NCBI GenBank assembly: GCA_963575745.1
Contig: CAUYUJ010000195.1
Span: 1-64,000, forward strand
Source of the DNA: Prorocentrum cordatum
Taxonomy: Eukaryota
Length of the DNA: 64,000 nt
Direction of reading: 5' to 3'
Shown: positions 1 through 64,000 of the stretch, one piece after another
Layout of the letters: the number at the start of each line of letters is the position of its first letter
Numbering within the stretch: position 1 is the stretch's first letter
Program-made: the position numbers and the translations under genes
The notes under the pieces: model-generated
What the model was told of the DNA's origin: nothing
What the model saw: the letters and a program-made list of their open reading frames with translations, nothing else
Databases searched by the model: none

Positions 1-1143
1 CCTCCTCCTCTCTCCTCCTCCCCCTCCCCCTCCCCCTCCCCCTCCCCCTTCCCGGCAGGAGGTGCCCGCCACGGCTCCCGCGAGAAGCGGGCTCCCCCCG
101 CCGACCGGCCCGAGGAAGCCGCAGGCCGGCAGCCCACCGCGGGCCGCGCAGGGAACCACGGAGCGCCACGCCCGCGCACCGCTGCGGCCTGGCTGCGCAG
201 CTGCCCCAAGCGCTGCGGCGGCAGCGTGCGTAACTACACAAATGAGTGCATGCTTATACGGTTAACCTGTTTGGCATGCAGGCGGACTGGCAGGAAGGTC
301 ATACGGACAATTTAGCGATAACTCCTTGTTGCCTTCTCCGGCATCGCCGTTCTAATAATGCTATTCGGTATCCTTCCTCAAGTGTTTTTTGTTCCTCATT
401 CTCGCCCTACCCTGCGAATTCTCCCCCATACTCCTCACTTTTTGCGGAGGCTCCTCCTTGGAGAATCTCTGGGGGTCTCACGGAAGTTTTTTCAGGTTTG
501 CGTAAAGCCTTCTGGAGGCCTGCTGGGCGTCTTCTGGAGGCCTCTGGTGGTTTCCTCGGGCCACCGTGCCTCCGACCGCGGTCTCCCTGAACGGAACGAA
601 CGGGCCACGATTTGGAATACTTCGGAGGGTGTCTTGGGGCCATCTTGGGCCGTCATGGGGCTTTCTTAGGACTCTTGGAACCCTGTTGTGCCGTCTTGGG
701 GATCTCCTGGACTGTCTGGAAGCCCTTTCGGATGGTTTTGTTGTGATGTTCGAGCCTCCCGGGCGGTCTCGGACACCAAGAAAACTGAAAAACGGGGCAT
801 TCCCCGAATCATACAACAAACTTTGGAAAATCAATGTTTTCTGCGTTTGGGAAGCCTCTTGGGTGTCTTCTTTGGGTCGTCTTCAAACGTCTGGTGGATG
901 TCTGGGGCCTCTTGGGGCCCTCGGGGGGGGCATTCGGCCGCCCTCCTGACCGATTTGGGCCCGCTGTCTAGGCCCAGCAAGGGCTTCCACGAGCACTGAA
1001 ACACCTGGGGGGGCCTCCTGCATGGGAGTCCAAGGGTTCCCTGGGGCCACGGATCCGGGGGGTCCAGACGGCCCCGCCGGGGGCCCCGGATTCGGGTGGT
1101 CCGATTTCGGGGGGGGGTCCTTGGTAGTAAAAATAAGTATGTG

Positions 1144-1146
<3 letters not shown>

Positions 1147-1215
<69 letters not shown>

Positions 1216-1241
1216 TGTGTATGTATATATATATATATATA
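1147..1241. repeat. (GA)n and (TA)n microsatellites
   Basis: Seen directly. Confidence 0.95.
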
Positions 1242-1244
1242 CAA

Positions 1245-1345
1245 GACTGCATTGGCGCTGCGCGCCATGCACTTTGGTCCTTTGGAGTTCGCGCGCTAGC
1301 GGAGTGCGAGCGTGCGTGCATGCGCACACACATGCGTCGATGAAT
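1245..1345. repeat. Dispersed repeat with an inverted copy near 52280-52365
   Basis: actgcattggcgct..cgcgccatg..c.ttggtcc.ttggagtt occurs here and as its reverse complement at ~52320-52363. Confidence 0.7.
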
Positions 1346-2689
1346 GCATAGTACATATGTACACATGTAGATACGTTTGTATGGATATGTACATGTATAT
1401 GCAACTTGTCAGTGTAACTATGTGTGCGCATACGCATGCGTATATCAGCCGGCAGTGGCCTGACCAGTTGCCCATATCATCGCGCCACTAAAAGGCGCGA
1501 GGGTCTCAGGCAAACGTGGTCAGACTACCATGGGACAGTGCGTCGCCGAGGTCAGCGTTGCGAGGACGTCCCGGGTGAAAATGGCCTGAACACCTCCGCT
1601 CAGGGGAGGGCATATCCGAAGTCAGCCGCGCGAGGAAGTTTCAAGCGAGGAGTGGTCTGAACACCTCTGCTCAGGGCATCCTTGAACTTAGAGTTGCGAG
1701 AAGTCGCACGCGAAAGTGGCCGAACCACCACGGTGCAAGACACCTCCGAAGTGAGACTTGCGAAAGTGTCTCAGGCGACAGTGGCTGGAACACATCAACT
1801 GAGTGTCTCGGGCCCCAGAGCTGCGATGATGTCTCAAGCGAAAACGGCGGGACCGATGCGAAGCAAGGCGCTTCTGAGGTCGGAGCCTCTCCCCCCTCTC
1901 CGTTTCTTTTTTTGCCCATTCTCCCCATCCCTGGGAGGCATCGTTCAGTGTGATAAAATCAGGGATGCAGCCGAAGTGGCTGTGGAAGGAATCATCAAAA
2001 CGCCGGTGGGAGAGCGAGGGAGACTGGTTTTCGTACAAACTTGGCAAGCGGGAAGAGGAAATTGAAGAGGATGAGGAGAAGGAGGAGGAGGAGGAAGAGG
2101 AGGGGGACGCTGCAAGTGTTCGCGCGGCCGTGAGCCCCCAGAGAATGTTTCCCCAGGAGGCGCGCTGAAACCGAAGGTTCCCGACGGCCTGGTCTCCGAC
2201 ATGTCACAAAAACCCTGGTTCCCAACAGCGCGTCCGGATGAGATGGCGCCGTGGCCCCGACGGTTTGTGTTGAGTGCTGCGAGAAGCTCAGTCGAGGCGG
2301 GAGGAGGAACATGAAGAGGACGAGGAGAAGGAGAAGGAGGACGAGGAGGAGGATGAAGAGGAGGAAGAGGATGAGGAGGACATATTAGGTGGATATCTGG
2401 GGTGCAGCCGAGGTGTCGCGGAAAAAATCCGCAGCCGAGACTTGGGAGAGTGAGGAAAGCTGCTTCTGCTAGACGTTTGGCGGGGCGGAACGTGAAACAT
2501 CACGGGGAATTAGGAGAAGGAGGAGGAGGAGGTAGAGGAGGAAGAGAATGAGGAAGAGGAGAAGAAGCTCTTGGGTCCTTCGGTGGTTTGAACCAAAAAT
2601 GGCCACGCTGCGCCATTTGATACGACAACGACGACGACGAAGAAGGCGACGACAAAGAGAAGGGATAATGAGAGGGGGAGACCGCTGTG

Positions 2690-3270
2690 TTGGGATCTCG
2701 TGGTGCGCCTCTCGGGGCCCTCTGTGAGGCAGTTTTGAAGCCTCTTGGGGGTGTTCTGGGGTTCTGGGGATCTTTTTGGGGCCTCTTGGGGGCCTCTTGG
2801 GGGCTCCTTGAGGCCTCTTGGGAGCCTCTTGGGGCCTCATGGGGCTCTCTCCGGGCCTCTTGGGGCCCTCTCGCGGCGGAAAATGTAGTTTTTGAATTTT
2901 TGGGCGCCCTCTTGGGTCTCTCCTGGGGCCGTCTTGGTGCTCTCTTGGGCCGTCTTGGGCGCCTCTTGGGCGGTCTCGGAGCCCTCCTGGACCGTGTTGG
3001 GGCCTTCTTGGGGGCCTCTTGGGCAGTACTGGGGCGATCTAGGGAGCCTCTTTGGCCATGGTGGAGCGTCGGGAAGCGGGAAAAGCGAAAAGGCCAAAAA
3101 CATCGAAAAACACATAGGATAATCAACAATTGTAGCCTCTCGGGGCTCTCTTGGGAGGCCTCTTGGGGGTCTCTGGGGGCGTCTTGGACGCGTCTTGGGC
3201 AGTCTTGGGCCCAGATTGGGCGTCTTGGGCCGATCTTTGGGTGTCTCGGGGCCCTCTTTGGCCGTCGTGT
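2690..3270. repeat. Degenerate (tcttgggc/gcccaaga)-type low-complexity repeat; also at ~500-960, 33000-33660, 48800-48900, 51050-51700 and 54950-55210
   Basis: Short tcttggg(g/c)cc motifs recur in both orientations. Confidence 0.8.
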
Positions 3271-3618
3271 TTTTTTTTTTTCGCGTCGCACTCGCAGGAC
3301 AGACACGGAGCACTCTGCAGGAGCGCCCCAAAGGCTCGGGGAGGCCGAAATTCGTTTGCGTGGGGGGGGGGGGGGGGGGGGCACCGTGTGCCGTTTTTCC
3401 GGGGTCCCCGGCCCTGTAAAAATATATAAATAGGAATATGTAGATCATGTGTGCGTCCCAACATCAGGACCCGAGAAACACACCTTAGCTGAAGGCATGA
3501 GCAGAAAGGCTTGAGCCAGGTCATACAAGCTCGGGGATACCTGGAGAGAACAAGAGAAATGGGCAAGGAGGACAAGGGGGAGGAAGAGAAGGAGAAAGAG
3601 AAATGTGACGCCCCATGC

Positions 3619-61510
<57,892 letters not shown>

Positions 61511-62583
61511 CTGCGGAGGGGCGGAGACGGCAGTCGCGAGGACCACGGGGACAGGCGGCGAGCAAGACGACAATCAGGAGGATATGCATCCTTCTCTATC
61601 CTCCTCCTCCTCCTCCTCCTCCTCCTCCTCCTCCTCCTCCTCTCCTCCTCCTCCTCCTCCTCTCCTCCCCTCCTCCTCCTCCTCCTCCTCCTCCTCCTCC
61701 TCCTGCTGCTCCTCCTGCTCCTGCCCTCCTCCCCCTCCTCCTCCTTTCCTCCTCCTCCTCCTCCTCCTCCCTCTTCCTCATCCCTTCGCCCCCCCCTGCC
61801 TTCCTCATTTTCCTTCTCCTTCTCCTTCTCCTCCTCCTCCTCCTCCTCCTCCTTCTCCTCCTCGTCTCTCCTCCTCCTCCTCCTCCTCCTCCTTCTCCTC
61901 CTCGTCCTTCTCCTTCTCATTATCCGTTTCCTCCTCCGCCTCCTTCTCCTCCTACTCCGACTCCGACTCCGACTCCCACTCCGACTTTGCGCGCCTTCTC
62001 TTTCTCCTCCGCCTCATCCTCCTCCTTCTCCTCCTCCTTTTCCTCCTCCTTCTCTTTTTCCTTCTCCGTCTCCTTCTCCTTCTCTCTCCTCCTCGCCTCC
62101 TCCTCCTCTTCCTCCTCCTCCTCCTCTCCTCCTCCTCCTCCTCCCCTCCTCCTCCTCCCTCCTCCTCCTCCTCCTCCTCCTCTTCCTCCTCTTCCTCCTC
62201 CTCCTCCTCCTCCTTCTCCTCCTCCTCTTTCTCATTAACCTCCTCCTGCTCCTCCTCCTCTTCCTCCTCTGCCTGCGAAGCGGTCCCGGTCCCCGTCGAG
62301 CTCAGGGCTTGTTGTGGTTATCGAGTACACGTCGGTTGGAAGAAGTAAGTTAAAACATGAAGTAGGAAGGCGGATGAAGTAGATTGGGTTCAGGCCCTCC
62401 CAGAGAATCACAAAACATAGCGAAAGCACGTCGATTCTTGACGTAAGGAGGGCTCTAGAGAAGTAGATTGGGATCTGAGAGCCCAGAAATAACTGCTTTC
62501 AGCGATCGGCGGGTGTCGAATACGACTTCGTCGTTGCTCCCACTCTCGCTCCTTCCTCCTCCTCCTCCTCCTCCTCCTCCTCC

Positions 62584-62683
62584 NNNNNNNNNNNNNNNNN
62601 NNNNNNNNNNNNNNNNNNNNNNNNNNNNNNNNNNNNNNNNNNNNNNNNNNNNNNNNNNNNNNNNNNNNNNNNNNNNNNNNNNN
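62584..62683. other. Assembly gap (100 N) within a (CCT)n tract
   Basis: Run of N. Confidence 1.
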
Positions 62684-62869
62684 CTCCTCCTCCCCTCCTC
62701 CTCCTCCTCCTCCTCCTCCTACTCCTCCTCCTCGAAAACATGTGGGCGTCCTCGGCGCTGCTCGCTCGGGGGCCTGGAGAGCCAACGCCTTGAAAAAATC
62801 GGGACGGAGGTTTTTCACCGATTTCGATTCCTGTCGATGTCATGTGATGTCGATTCCTGTCGATGTCAT

Positions 62870-63990
62870 GTCGATGTCATGTCGATTGAAATCATGCCAT
62901 GTCGATTCCAGGCCCAGAACCCCAGAGATCCAACGTATTGAGAAAATCAAGACGGCGGTGTTTCGCAATTTTCGGCCTCAAGGAGCCCTCGCCGGGCCCC
63001 GGGACCGTCAAAAAACGGCTCGGGATGAAAGACCGGTCCTGGGGAATGGGTGGAGACTTCCGGGGACCGCGTATGGAAAAAATCGCGACGTTGAATCTCT
63101 GGGGAGCGATCCGTCCCCCCCCGAGCCGCTCGCTCCGTCCCCCCCTCTTTCGGCCACGCCTTCCCCCCGCTCCTCCTCTTGCATGGTGGCACAATTCGCT
63201 CTAACGGCTTTCCCGTTTATGCATCCCATCGCCGGCGCAGACGTCCCTGACGACGAAAAAAATATATGGGCGTCCTCGGCATGACATTTCTGGCCGCTTT
63301 CAGCCCCGGTCGTCCTCTTCACCGGGCCTCGGGACCGCAAAACAACAAAAACGACCCAGGATGAAAAACCGGTCTCCGGGAGGGGGTCCAGACCTCCGGG
63401 TGTCGACTTTGCGAAAGAAATGGTCCCAAAGACCCGACGTCGTGATTTTTTCGATACGGGGTCCCCGGAGGTCTCGACCCATTCTCCAGGACCCCTGACT
63501 CCGGATCCGCCCTAGTTTGGGGAAATTCGTAAGTAGGGCTTGGAATTTCCGCCTTACTTTTCAAGCCCCGCTGATGCCAATTTCCGCCTTACTTTTCTGT
63601 TGTTGTTTCCGCCCTACTTCTGTGGATTTTCGGCCTATTTTATGCTGGGTGTAGAAATTTCCGCCCTACTTTTTCGGCTTCTTATAGGTGGATTTCCGAC
63701 GCAATTTCGAGTTGGAAAAACAACCAAAGTAGGGCGGATCTGGAGTCAGGGACCGGTTTTTCATCCTGAGTCGTTTTGTGACGGTCCCGGGGCCCGGCGA
63801 GGGCCTCTACAATCGGGGCGCTGAAGAAGGAACCCTTTTCGTTGGGGAGGGGCTCGGTGTTCCGTGGTTGCTGCACGGCCCGGCGAGGGCTCCCTGAGGC
63901 CGAAGATTGCCAAACACCGCCGTCTGGATTTTTTCAATGCGTTGGCTCTCTGGGGGTTCTGAGCCAGGGATCGACATGACATGATGTCAT
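62870..63990. mobile_element. Large foldback element with ~230-bp inverted arms; right arm carries two nested MITE insertions
   Basis: 62880-63105 is the reverse complement of 63425-63985 once 63493-63751 and ~63805-63875 are removed. Confidence 0.7.
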
Positions 63991-64000
63991 CGATGCTGTG

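Noticed and set aside
2587..2625. Minus-strand cgtggccatttttggttcaaa as an SL relic, or VSNGAAWPF as the next Prp18 exon
   Set aside because: Three mismatches plus an insertion relative to SL; the peptide does not match IGNAxWPIG and no convincing exon context exists.
3494..3520. Possible tandem degenerate SL relics (tggctcaag cctttctgctcatg); similar weak match near 28790-28808
   Set aside because: Matches are too short and degenerate to separate from chance.

Overview
Eukaryotic, GC-rich, microsatellite- and transposon-saturated DNA, most likely from a dinoflagellate (inferred from a near-perfect spliced-leader relic and from GC/GA splice donors). Almost all long ORFs in the track are artefacts of simple repeats. 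By manual reading, most of the window lies inside one minus-strand host gene for the splicing factor Prp18. About nine tiny exons (39-126 nt) are spread from ~61.5 kb down to ~3.6 kb, separated by introns of up to ~14.6 kb. Inside those introns sit: (i) a nearly intact non-LTR retrotransposon (9006-13937, +) with an APE endonuclease, an RT carrying an inserted G-patch-like motif, three zinc fingers, no visible upstream ORF1, and two overlapping/coupled ORFs at its 3' end; (ii) a decayed minus-strand LINE with a C-terminal cytosine-methyltransferase-like region; (iii) a frameshifted PIF1/Helitron-type helicase fragment; (iv) two palindromic introner-like insertions with usable splice sites; (v) an SL-headed decayed retrocopy; and (vi) several MITE families, foldback elements and satellites. 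All assignments come from motif recognition by eye; no database searches were run.
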